Origin: Nemertoderma westbladi
Lineage: Eukaryota; Animalia; Xenacoelomorpha
Reading direction: 5' to 3'
NCBI GenBank assembly: GCA_032718475.1
Contig: JAUCBJ010003027.1
Location: 1-43,573 of the forward strand
Length of the DNA: 43,573 nucleotides
The translations under genes and the position numbers were made by a program. The notes below the pieces were generated by a model, which saw nothing but the letters and a program-made list of their open reading frames with translations, searched no databases and was not told the origin of the DNA. The stretch's first letter is position 1. The number at the start of each line of letters is the position of its first letter. This document shows, one piece after another, positions 1 through 10,411 of this stretch.

Positions 1-9
1 CCTCGAGTC

Positions 10-106
10 CTGATTGGCTGCCTAACTCACCCTCGCACTCTGATTGGATAATCCATTCTAGCCTCCCTCTATAATAACCCCCGTTCAACGCATTCCCAGT
101 CATTCT
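10..106 (+). promoter_or_regulatory. Compact Pol II promoter (two inverted CCAAT boxes, TATA-like element, Inr) for ORF 218-1270
   Basis: CTGATTGG at ~10 and ~40, TATAATAA at ~70, and CAGTCATTC (Inr-like) ~30 bp downstream of the TATA-like element. Confidence 0.55.
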
Positions 107-217
107 CTAAGTTTTATATTAAAAAGTTTTATTTATTTTCATAAAAGTTTAATTTATTTAAAATTTTGTAAAATCATTTAGCTAAAATTCAATATTTTCA
201 ATTGACATTGCTATATA

Positions 218-1270
218 ATGCATAGACATGAAACTTGTTTGGTCTGTAATAAAGAAATGAGACAAGACAATTTATCTCGTCATATGGAAACACATGGAAA
301 GGAAAAACTAATGGCTCCATTACCAAAAAAATTTAAAAAATCCGAAGATATTTTTAGTGAAGATGAAAAGAAAAAGAGAGATGAGCGTGATATATTAAAT
401 ATAAAACAGACAATGGAAAGTAAATTTCATAAAGTTATGAATATTTTGAAAGGGATACAAAAACAGTTACCCCTAGAAAATGAGGAAAATTTGAGTGAGA
501 AAGATGGAGAAGAAGAGGATGATGAGATGGAGAATGAAAATAGTGAGGGTCAGGATGAAGTTGAAGAGAGTGAGGTTGAGAACGAAGAAAGTGAAGATCA
601 GGATGATGATGAAGAAAGTGAAGGTCAAGAAGAGGGTGAAGATAGCGAAGGTCAGGAAGAGAATGAAGAAAGTGAAGAACAGGAAGAGGATGAAGAAAGT
701 GAAGAACAGGAAGACGATGAAGAAAGTGAAGGCGGGGAAGAGGATGAAGAAAGTGAAGGTCAGAAAGAGGGTGAAGAAAGTGAAGATCAGGAAAGTGGAG
801 AAGAGGATGAAAATGATGATAATGAGGAAATAAAGAGGCAATTACTTGGAAATAAGAATCAATTGCGGAAAATTATTAAACATTTGAAGGAAAATGAAGA
901 AAATAAAGAGGCGACATTGACCCAAGTTCTAGGAAGTAAAATTAAATTACAGAAATTTATTAAACATTTAGAAGAGAATGATGAAAATAAAGAAGAGATA
1001 TTGAGACAAATATTAGGAAACAAAAATCAAATGCGGAAATTTATTAAACAAATGGAAGAAAATGAGGAAAATAGAGAAGAGATATTAAGACAGGTTCTGG
1101 GAAATAAAAGTAAATTACTGAAAATTAATGAACAATTGAATAAAATTAAGAAACAGTTGGGTAACGAGGAAGATGAAAGTAAAGTAAATCAACCAGCTTT
1201 TACTAATTTTCGAAGACCTATGATAAAAAACTCTCGTTCAGTAAATGCCCGCGCAGGACGACGCTATTGA
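218..1270 (+). CDS. Intronless 350-aa protein: N-terminal C2H2 zinc finger, Glu/Asp-rich 10-aa repeats, ~28-aa coiled-coil-like repeats; possibly derived from a mobile element or virus
   Basis: CLVC-x12-HMETH finger; EESEGQEEDE-type repeats; ENEENKEEILRQILGNKNQLRKFIKHLE-type unit ~4x; ATG-to-stop ORF with promoter motifs upstream. Confidence 0.65.
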   Translation: MHRHETCLVCNKEMRQDNLSRHMETHGKEKLMAPLPKKFKKSEDIFSEDEKKKRDERDILNIKQTMESKFHKVMNILKGIQKQLPLENEENLSEKDGEEEDDEMENENSEGQDEVEESEVENEESEDQDDDEESEGQEEGEDSEGQEENEESEEQEEDEESEEQEDDEESEGGEEDEESEGQKEGEESEDQESGEEDENDDNEEIKRQLLGNKNQLRKIIKHLKENEENKEATLTQVLGSKIKLQKFIKHLEENDENKEEILRQILGNKNQMRKFIKQMEENEENREEILRQVLGNKSKLLKINEQLNKIKKQLGNEEDESKVNQPAFTNFRRPMIKNSRSVNARAGRRY

Positions 1271-1847
1271 CATTTGTTTGTTTGAGTTCCTTTCATAATA
1301 GTGTTAGGGCTATTTATCCAAAACAATTATATTAGTATTAGGACTATTTATCCATAACAATTATAATAGTATTAGGACTATTTATCCATAATAATTATAT
1401 TAGTATTATAAATGTATTTACCCCACAATATTTATTACTATTAGGTCTATTTATTCAAGAAATTATATGTTTTTATAATATACTTTGGAAAATTAGTCGA
1501 CTAAGTCATAATTTTCAAAACTTTAAATACGGGTTGAGTTATTATATAAAGTTAAGAAGAATGAACCAATAGAGGGAGCCTGAAGTCTAATCTCTTGGTC
1601 TTTACTCACATTAACTCCCAAGGTTGCATACTATAACTATAGCCGGCGGGAGAGTCAAAGCTAGAGTGTATACTAGAGTTAACCAAGAGCTAGGAAAAAG
1701 AAAAATGCTCTTCTAGGGTTCGAACTCACGACCTTCTAATTATAAAACTAAGCAAATGACCAGCTTGAAGGTCTTAGACCCTTAATCTGAGGCATCGAGC
1801 AGCCAATGAGACAGCAGATGCGAGTACAGTGGTAAAGCCCATCCATG

Positions 1848-3089
1848 GTGAGGCATAGTCTATGCCTCAGTGAGGCATAGTCTATGCCTCAGTGAGGCAT
1901 AGTCTATGCCTCAGTGAGGCACTATGTCATGCCTATGCCTCAGTGAGTCATAGTCTATGCCTCAGTGCCTCAGTGAGGCATAGTCTATGCCTCAGTGAGG
2001 CATAGTCTATGCCCCAGTGAGGCATAGTCTATGCCTCAATGAGTCATAGTCTATGCCTCACGTGAGGCATAGTCTATGCCTCAGTGAGTGCATAGTCTAT
2101 GCCTCAGTGAGGCATAGTCTATGCCTCAGTGAGGCATAGTCTATGCCTCAGTGCCTCAGTGAGGCATAGTCTATGCCTCAGTGAGGCATAGTCTATGCCT
2201 CAGTGAGGCATAGTCTATGCCTCAGTGAGTCATAGTCTATGCCTCAGTGCCTCAGTGAGGCATAGTCTATGCCTCAGTGAGGCATAGTCTATGCCTCAGT
2301 GAGGCATAGTCTATGCCTCAGTGCCTCAGTGAGGCCTAGTCTATGCCTCAGTGAGGCCTAGTCTATGCCTCAGTGAGGCATAGTCTATGCCTCAGTGAGT
2401 CATAGTCTATGCCTCAGTGCCTCAGTGAGGCAGTGAGGCATAGTCTATGCCTCAGTGAGGCATAGTCTATGCCTCAGTGAGTCATAGTCTATGCCTCAGT
2501 GAGTCATAGTCTATGCCTCAGTGCCTCAGTGAGGCATAGTCTATGCCTCAGTGAGGCATAGTCTATGCCTCAATGAGTCATAGTCTATGCCTCAGTGCCC
2601 AGTGAGGCATAGTCTATGCCTCAGTGCCTCAGTGAGGCATAGTCTATGCCTCAGTGAGGCATAGTCTATGCCTCAGTGAGGCATAGTCTATGCCTCAGTG
2701 CCTCAGTGAGGCCTAGTCTATGCCTCAGTGAGGCCTAGTCTATGCCTCAGTGAGGCATAGTCTATGCCTCAGTGAGTCATAGTCTATGCCTCAGTGCCTC
2801 AGTGAGGCAGTGAGGCATAGTCTATGCCTCAGTGAGGCATAGTCTATGCCTCAGTGAGTCATAGTCTATGCCTCAGTGAGTCATAGTCTATGCCTCAGTG
2901 CCTCAGTGAGACCTAGTCTATGCCTCAGTGAGGCCTAGTCTATGCCTCAGTGAGGCATAGTCTATGCCTCAGTGAGGCATAGTCTATGCCTCAGTGCCTC
3001 AGTGAGGCATAGTCTATGCCTCAGTGCCTCAATGAGGCATAGTCTATGCCTCAGTGAGTCATAGTCTATGCCTCGGTGAGGCATAGTCT
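1848..3089. repeat. Tandem array of a 22-bp unit containing a 21-bp palindrome (G TGAGGCATAG T CTATGCCTCA), ~50 copies
   Basis: Read directly; the arms are exact reverse complements; interspersed 8-bp GTGCCTCA partial units and TGAGTCA variants. Confidence 0.97.
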
Positions 3090-3162
3090 GTGTCAAGTCT
3101 TAAATGAGAGTCTTACAAATTCGAACGTCAACGAACAAATTCGAAGGTTACTGTTCCACCTT

Positions 3163-3225
3163 GGTGTAGTGGTTGCGTAGAATTCACATCTCTCGTATGT
3201 CATGGGTTCGACCCCTGCATGAACC
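3163..3225 (+). pseudogene. Degenerate tRNA-like/SINE-head remnant
   Basis: A-box-like GGTGTAGTGGTT and B-box GGTTCGACCCC at tRNA-like spacing; no good cloverleaf. Confidence 0.45.
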
Positions 3226-4065
3226 AGGGCAGTTTTCGTTCGGTCAGCAATAGGCCTAACGTTGCAAAATGCAGTATTATTGCCTAGTAACCAATTCATG
3301 GCTACCGTATGGTTTTCACTTTGAGACATTAAGCCCTCTAGCGGCAGACTGGGGAACTTCATACTACTCTGTGACTCTGCAAAAGATATAGCCTATGCCA
3401 TAGTAGATGCCGATTGGGGGGTCAAATTAAGTAATAATATATCTAAATAAGTCTCAAACATCTTGCCTCATGGCTCGCCCCTTAGAACTCTTAAGCAATA
3501 TAACTTCATAGTTTTTAAGGAAAACTGGTAAATGAGATGTGTTAATTACGCATACCTCGCAGTCTTAAGTAATTAATTATACAGTAGGTTAGATCGTTTT
3601 GAGAATAGGACCATTGGAAAGAGCGCCCTCGATAACCTCAGTACAAAGTAAATTAATATGGATTAACCGGATATAGCTTGTTATTATAAAACATAAATTA
3701 CAGTAGAACAATTAGGGTTGTAAATAAAAACAAATTAAATTGAAGATAAACTGTATATATAAACTTATGTATTAAAAGAGGGCCCTATTTAATTATACAG
3801 TATACTGAAAATGGTTAGCGATACCATAATTAGATTATCGATAGGGATGCGGCTTCCTTAAATGAGGCAATCCTGACGCAGCACAAAGAATTTTAAGAGG
3901 GGCCCCGATAAATTGCTCATTCATGCGTAACTGGTAACCTAGGCGATAGCTTGTCTTAAGTTTAGGCCCTTTGCTAACATTAACTCCAAAATAGTTACCA
4001 GTAGGGGAGCTGTATACCCTATGGCTAAATAAGGCTGCAAGTCTATGGTTAGATGCTTCCAATAA

Positions 4066-4910
4066 TGATCTCATTTAGTAGCGGTAAGTAATATAAAAAC
4101 TAATTAATCTAAAAATAGAAATCAATATATAAAATAAAAGTAATACAATTAATTAATTTAAAATAAAGTACAAATGAATAAATAAAGTAAAATAGAATAC
4201 AATTAATTAATTTAAAATAAACTACAAATGAATAAATAAAGTAAAATAAAGTACAATTAATTAATTAAAATTAAATATAAATAAATAGTTAAATTGAAAA
4301 TAACAAAGTTAGAGAAGATGTTAATTTTCAGATAATACGCCCTCTAGCGGCAGACTATGGAACTGCAGGCGGTTGGATATATGTACGAGTAATTAGTAAT
4401 CAGAGCTGTCACGGGGTGGGGGCAGGGGCGCTTGGATACAACTATCATTAATATGCTGTTGCTTGGTTAAAGCTAATTGAGGGGTCAAAGGTCAAAGGTC
4501 AACGAAAAAGCTGTCTGGATATAGATAAGAGTAATTAGTTACCAGTAAGGGAGCTGTATACCCATAAAGTACAAATGAATAATTAATATAAAATAAAGTA
4601 CAAATGAATAATGAGGACAGAGGAGGGGCCCCCCGCCGATGAACGCAGTTGATAGTTGCCAGTAGGGAGCCGTATACCATAGCCATTATAAAGTTAAATA
4701 TAGATATTATGTCATAGTGATCTCATTGGTAATATAAAAACTAATTAATCTAAAAATAGAAATCAATGTATAAAGTAAAAGTAATATATACAATTAATTA
4801 ATTTAAAATAAAGTACAAATGAATAATTAATATAAAATAAAGTACAAATGAATAAATAAATAAAATAAAATACAAATAATTAATTAAAATTAAATATAAA
4901 TAAATAGGTA
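4066..4910. repeat. Local direct duplication of an AT-rich ~200-bp block (~4066-4290 and ~4718-4910)
   Basis: TAATATAAAAACTAATTAATCTAAAAATAGAAATCAAT... occurs twice; a TAGTTACCAGTAGGGAGCTGTATACC-like motif occurs three times (~3992, ~4537, ~4653). Confidence 0.8.
4338..4367 (-). promoter_or_regulatory. CTCF-type site with upstream motif
   Basis: Reverse strand reads TGCAGTTCC-N5-CTGCCGCTAGAGGGCG; a near copy lies at 3333-3358. Confidence 0.6.
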
Positions 4911-4950
4911 TTAATAAATAAAAGAGCTGCGGTGTCACTTATGACACCCT

Positions 4951-5251
4951 CTTGAGCCGGCTCTGTGACAGTTAGACATCACTGATGACCCATTGTGTGT
5001 CAGGGCGCTAATCAGTCTGATTAATTAGGATAATCAATTAAACCCTATTAGGAGTCGATGACCTGTTAGGGTTTAATTGTACTAATTAATTGATGACACC
5101 TGTCAATTAGGGTCTAATTAGCCTAATTGGGAGGTGTCACCCAGACAGTCTGGCGCCAATGACACCCAATGACACCCATGGGGTGATAATTGGGTGTCAT
5201 ATGACACCCAATGGGTGTCAGTGAGGTCTAACTGTCACAGAGCCGCCCAAG
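4951..5251. mobile_element. MITE-like element with ~45-bp imperfect TIRs and a 5-bp TSD (ACCCT)
   Basis: CTTGAGCCGGCTCTGTGACAGTTAGAC... is inverted to ...GTCTAACTGTCACAGAGCCGCCCAAG; ACCCT at 4946-4950 and 5252-5256. Confidence 0.7.
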
Positions 5252-5261
5252 ACCCTACTAC

Positions 5262-5756
5262 TGAGGAACCTTCGGGTTGCCTCCGGTAGAGAGAAACCTT
5301 CTGGTTGCCTCCGTTAGAGAGGAGCCTTCGGGGGTGGCTCCGTTAGAGAGGAGCCTTCGGGTTGCCTCTGGTAGAGAGGAGCCTTCGGGTTGCCTCTGGT
5401 AGAGAGGAGCCTTAGGGTTGCCTCCGTTAGAGAGGAGCCTTCGGGTTGCCTCTGGTAGAGAGGAGCCTTAGGGTTGCCTCCGTTAGAGAGGAGCCTTCGG
5501 GTTGCCTCTGGTAGAGAGGAGCCTTAGGGTTGCCTCCGTTAGAGAGAAACCTTCGGGTTGCCTCCGGTAGAGAGGAGCCTTCGGGGGTGGCTCCGTTAGA
5601 GAGGAGCCTTCGGGTTGCCTCTGGTAGAGAGGAGCCTTCGGGTTGCCTCTGGTAGAGAGGAGCCTTAGGGTTGCCTCCGTTAGAGAGGAGCCTTCGGGTT
5701 GCCTCAGGTAGAGAGGAGCCTTCGGGTTGCCTCATGTAGAGAGGAGCCTTCGGGTT
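5262..5756. repeat. 28-bp minisatellite GAGAGGAGCCTTCGGGTTGCCTCTGGTA, ~17 copies
   Basis: Read directly. Confidence 0.95.
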
Positions 5757-5862
5757 ATCGGGTTACCTCAAATTGGTTTACTTTAATTTTATTATTTTAT
5801 TGCCTCTCATGGTTTCCGTTTTTTGTAATTTCTATATTTTTTTATTAATTATTTTTCCATAG

Positions 5863-6031
5863 ACAACAGACGATACCGAGACAGACAAGGTTGATGAGGT
5901 TGTCACGGCAACGACAGCGACAGAGAACGGACATAAAGAGCTGCACCACCAGCTGGTAGGGGAAGATTTGAACGAAGAGGACGAGGAAGATGATGAAGAT
6001 TATGAAGGAGAGGAAGATCTGGAGGGAGAAG
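5863..6031 (+). CDS. Penultimate coding exon of an unidentified gene with an acidic C-terminus (TTDDTETDKVDEVV...EEDEEDDEDYEGEEDLEGE)
   Basis: Polypyrimidine tract and ...CCATAG acceptor; 169-nt open frame; AAG|GTTAGT donor in phase 1 that matches the exon at 12045. Confidence 0.75.
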
Positions 6032-6090
6032 GTTAGTAGAGTTAGTTAGTTAGTAGAGTTAGTTAGTTAGTAGAGTTAGTTAGTTAGTAG

Positions 6091-6157
<67 letters not shown>

Positions 6158-7067
6158 AGAGTTAGTTAGTTAGTAGAGTTAGTTAGTTAGTAGAGTTAGT
6201 TAGTTAGTAGAGTTAGTTAGTAGAGTTAGTTAGTTAGTAGAGTTAGTTAGTTAGTAGAGTTAGTTAGTAGAGTTAGTTAGTTAGTAGAGTTAGTTAGTAG
6301 AGTTAGTTAGTTAGTAGAGTTAGTTAGTAGAGTTAGTTAGTTAGTAGAGTTAGTTAGTAGTTAGTTAGTTATTAGAGTTAGTTAGTAGAGTTAGTTAGTA
6401 GAGTTAGTTAGTTAGTAGAGTTAGCTAGTTAGTAGAGTTAGTTAGTTAGTAGAGTTAGTTAGTTAGTAGAGTTAGTTAGTAGAGTTAGTTAGTAGAGTTA
6501 GTTAGTAGAGTTAGTTAGTTAGTTAGTAGAGTTAGTTAGTAGAGTTAGTTAGTTAGTAGAGTTAGTTAGTAGAGTTAGTTAGTTAGTAGAGTTAGTTAGT
6601 AGAGTTAGTTAGTAGAGTTAGTTAGTAGAGTTAGTTAGTTAGTAGAGTTAGTTAGTTAGTAGAGTTAGTTAGTTAGTAGAGTTAGTTAGTAGAGTTAGTT
6701 AGTGGAGTTAGTTAGTGGAGTTAGTTAGTTAGTAGAGTTAGTTAGTGGAGTTAGTAGAGTTAGTTAGTTAGTAGAGTTAGTTAGTTAGTAGAGTTAGTTA
6801 GTTAGTAGAGTTAGTTAGTAGAGTTAGTTAGTTAGTAGAGTTAGTTAGTTAGTTAGTAGAGTTAGTTAGTAGAGTTAGTTAGTAGAGTTAGTTAGTTAGT
6901 AGAGTTAGTTAGTTAGTAGAGTTAGTTAGTTAGTAGAGTTAGTTAGTTAGTAGAGTTAGTTCGTTAGTTAGTAGAGTTAGTTAGTTAGTTAGTAGAGTTA
7001 GTTAGTTAGTAGAGTTAGTTAGTTAGTAGAGTTAGTTAGTTAGTAGAGTTAGTTAGTTAGTTAGTAG

Positions 7068-7126
<59 letters not shown>

Positions 7127-8539
7127 AGAGTTAGTTAGTTAGTAGAGTTAGTTAGTTAGTAGAGTTAGTTAGTTTGTAGAGTTAGTTAGTTAGTAGAGTT
7201 AGTTAGTTAGTTAGTAAGTTAGTTAGTTAGTCGAGTTAGTTAGTAGAGTTAGTTAGTTAGTAGAGTTAGTTAGTAGAGTTAGTTAGTAGAGTTAGTTAGT
7301 TAGTAGAGTTAGTTAGTTGGTAGAGTTAGTTAGTTAGTTAGTAGAGTTAGTTAGTTAGTTAGTAGAGTTAGTTAGTTAGTAGAGTTAGTTAGTTAGTTAG
7401 TAGAGTTAGTTAGTTAGTTAGTTAGTAGAGTTAGTTAGTTAGTAGAGTTAGTTAGTTAGTTAGTAGAGTTAGTTAGTTAGTTAGTTAGTAGAGTTAGTTA
7501 GTTAGTAGAGTTAGTTAGTTAGTAGAGTTAGTTAGTTAGTAGAGTTAGTTAGTTAGTAGAGTTAGTTAGTTAGTAGAGTTAGTTAGTTAGTAGAGTTAGT
7601 TAGTAGAGTTAGTTAGTTAGTTAGTTAGTTAGTAGAGTTAGTTAGTTAGTAGAGTTAGTTAGTTAGTAGAGTTAGTTAGTTAGTAGAGTTAGTTAGTTAG
7701 TAGAGTTAGTTAGTTAGTAGAGTTAGTTAGTTAGTAGAGTTAGTTAGTAGAGTTAGTTAGTTAGTTAGTTAGTTAGTAGAGTTAGTTAGTTAGTAGAGTT
7801 AGTTAGTTAGTAGAGTTAGTTAGTTAGTAGAGTTAGTTAGTTAGTTAGTTAGTAGAGTTAGTTAGTAGAGTTAGTTAGTAGAGTTAGTTAGTAGAGTTAG
7901 TTAGTTAGTTAGTTAGTAGAGTTAGTTAGTTAGTTAGTTGGTAGAGTTAGTTAGTTAGTTAGTAGAGTTAGTTAGTTAGTTAGTAGAGTTAGTTAGTTAG
8001 TAGAGTTAGTTAGTTAGTTAGTAGAGTTAGTTAGTTAGTTAGTTAGTAGAGTTAGTTAGTTAGTAGAGTTAGTTAGTTAGTTAGTAGAGTTAGTTAGTTA
8101 GTTAGTTAGTAGAGTTAGTTAGTTAGTAGAGTTAGTTAGTTAGTAGAGTTAGTTAGTTAGTAGAGTTAGTTAGTTAGTAGAGTTAGTTAGTTAGTAGAGT
8201 TAGTTAGTTAGTAGAGTTAGTTAGTAGAGTTAGTTAGTTAGTTAGTTAGTTAGTAGAGTTAGTTAGTTAGTAGAGTTAGTTAGTTAGTAGAGTTAGTTAG
8301 TTAGTAGAGTTAGTTAGTTAGTAGAGTTAGTTAGTTAGTAGAGTTAGTTAGTTAGTAGAGTTAGTTAGTAGAGTTAGTTAGTTAGTTAGTTAGTTAGTAG
8401 AGTTAGTTAGTTAGTAGAGTTAGTTAGTTAGTAGAGTTAGTTAGTTAGTAGAGTTAGTTAGTTAGTAGTTAGTAGAGTTAGTTAGTAGAGTTAGTTAGTA
8501 GAGTTAGTTAGTAGAGTTAGTTAGTTAGTTAGTTAGTAG

Positions 8540-8570
<31 letters not shown>

Positions 8571-9530
8571 AGAGTTAGTTAGTTAGTAGAGTAGTTAGTT
8601 AGTAGAGTTAGTTAGTAGAGTTAGTTAGTTAGTAGAGTTAGTTAGTTAGTAGAGTTAGTTAGTTAGTAGAGTTAGTTAGTAGAGTTAGTTAGTTAGTAGA
8701 GTTAGTTAGTTAGTAGAGTTAGTTAGTGAGTTAGTAGAGTTAGTTAGTTAGTAGAGTTAGTTAGTAGAGTAGTTAGTGAGTTAGTAGAGTTAGTTAGTTA
8801 GTAGAGTTAGTTAGTGGAGTTAGTAGAGTTAGTTAGTTAGTAGAGTAGTTAGTAGAGTTAGTTAGTAGTAGTTAGTAGAGTTAGTAGTTAGTAGAGTTAG
8901 TTAGTTAGTAGAGTTAGTTAGTTAGTTAGTAGAGTTAGTTAGTAGAGTTAGTTAGTTAGTTAGTAGAGTTAGTTAGTTAGTTAGTTAGTAGAGTTAGTTA
9001 GTTAGTTAGTAGAGTTAGTTAGTAGAGTTAGTTAGTTAGTAGAGTTAGTTAGTTAGTTAGTTAGTAGAGTTAGTTAGTTAGTTAGTTAGTAGTTAGTAGG
9101 TAGTTAGTTAGTAGAGTTAGTTAGTAGAGTTAGTTAGTTAGTAGTAGTAGAGTTAGTTAGTTAGTAGAGTTAGTTAGTTAGTAGAGTTAGTTAGTTAGTA
9201 GAGTTAGTTAGTAGAGTTAGTTAGTAGAGTTAGTTAGTAGAGTTAGTTAGTAGAGTTAGTTAGTAGAGTTAGTTAGTAGAGTTAGTTAGTAGAGTTAGTT
9301 AGTTAGTAGAGTTAGTTAGTTAGTTAGTAAGTTAGTTAGTTAGTCGAGTTAGTTAGTTAGTAGAGTTAGTTAGTAGAGTTAGTTAGTAGAGTTAGTTAGT
9401 AGAGTTAGTTAGTTAGTAGAGTTAGTTAGTGGAGTTAGTAGAGTTAGTTAGTTAGTAGAGTTAGTTAGTAGAGTTAGTTAGTAGAGTTAGTTAGTAGAGT
9501 TAGTTAGTTAGTAGAGTTAGTTAGTTAGTT
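6032..9530. repeat. ~3.5-kb compound microsatellite (GTTA)n/GTAGA beginning at the splice donor
   Basis: Read directly; units such as GTTAGTTAGTAGA. Confidence 0.98.
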
Positions 9531-9583
9531 AATACTAACGGCGTTGAGTAATGTTACAATTATGGAATAAAATACTTTTATTC

Positions 9584-10092
9584 TGTGACGGGATCAAGGG
9601 ATCCCGACCGGTTAAATGGACTACGCGTCACCGTTGTAGTGAAATAAACGAGTTTGTTGTTATCTCTTTAATTCTTTGAATGTTAATACTGATGAATAAC
9701 AATAACTGAATAACTGATTGAATAATAGCACAAAGGTAGCGGATGCTATAGCTGTATAGGGTACCGGTATGTAGATATATTGGTGACGGTGAAGATTGTC
9801 ACCGGTCTGCACTAAAAACCAATAACTGAATAACTGATTTACTAAACGGTAGCAGGATAATATATATATGTATAATTACTACACTGCTGTGGCCTTTGTT
9901 CAGTGGATGTTTCCCCTCCCGAGGTGATTTGACCTCTAACCTCCCTTTGTGTGACTTTGGGTTTTGTGTTATCCCCGATTATTGGTTGTGATACGAGATT
10001 GGTTGTTACTAATCTCGTATCTCCAATATTGCTGAAAAGGTGCCACTTCCCAACTTTGTGAGGGTAATGCGGCGGAATTGAATCCGCTCACA
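9584..10092 (-). mobile_element. Solo LTR (509 bp) with a 5-bp TSD
   Basis: TGTGA...TCACA termini; TATTC at 9579-9583 and 10093-10097; TATA-like run near 9860 and ATTAAA on the minus strand suggest the orientation. Confidence 0.8.
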
Positions 10093-10220
10093 TATTCCAA
10101 AATTGTAACATTACTCAACGCCGTTAGTATTAACAGCGAGTTGTTATTTAGAACTTTACAACTTTAGAGGACATTACAGTATTGTATTGGCATGTACATT
10201 TGGTATTGTATTTGGTGTTA

Positions 10221-10309
10221 TTGTTTACGTGGTAACCATGATGGCGTTAAGTAATGTTCCCCTAGTGGACATTACTTAAAACGCCGTCAATGGTTACCAC
10301 GTAAACAAT
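10221..10309. repeat. ~90-bp imperfect palindrome related to the hairpin split by the solo LTR
   Basis: TTGTTTACGTGGTAACCAT...ATGGTTACCACGTAAACAA; shares a GGCGTT(G/A)AGTAATGT core with ~9540-9554. Confidence 0.75.
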
Positions 10310-10411
10310 AGGGGGAAATTTGCCTGACAGCCAGATAGGCCTACACTGCAATACCTACCGGTAGGCGGGGTATAGCTATTAGTAAACAGTAATGCCTAGC
10401 TATATTATTAT

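Noticed and set aside
473-841. Hydrophobic (-) and Lys/Arg-rich (+) ORFs overlapping 218-1270
   Set aside because: Shadow frames of the GAA/GAT-rich acidic repeat
1848-3089. CRISPR-like palindromic array
   Set aside because: No unique spacers, no cas genes, and a eukaryotic context
5427-5735. 102-aa repeat ORF on the minus strand
   Set aside because: Translation of the 28-bp minisatellite
6032-9530. Telomeric repeat
   Set aside because: Units are TTAG/TAGAG, not TTAGG or TTAGGG, and the tract is intronic
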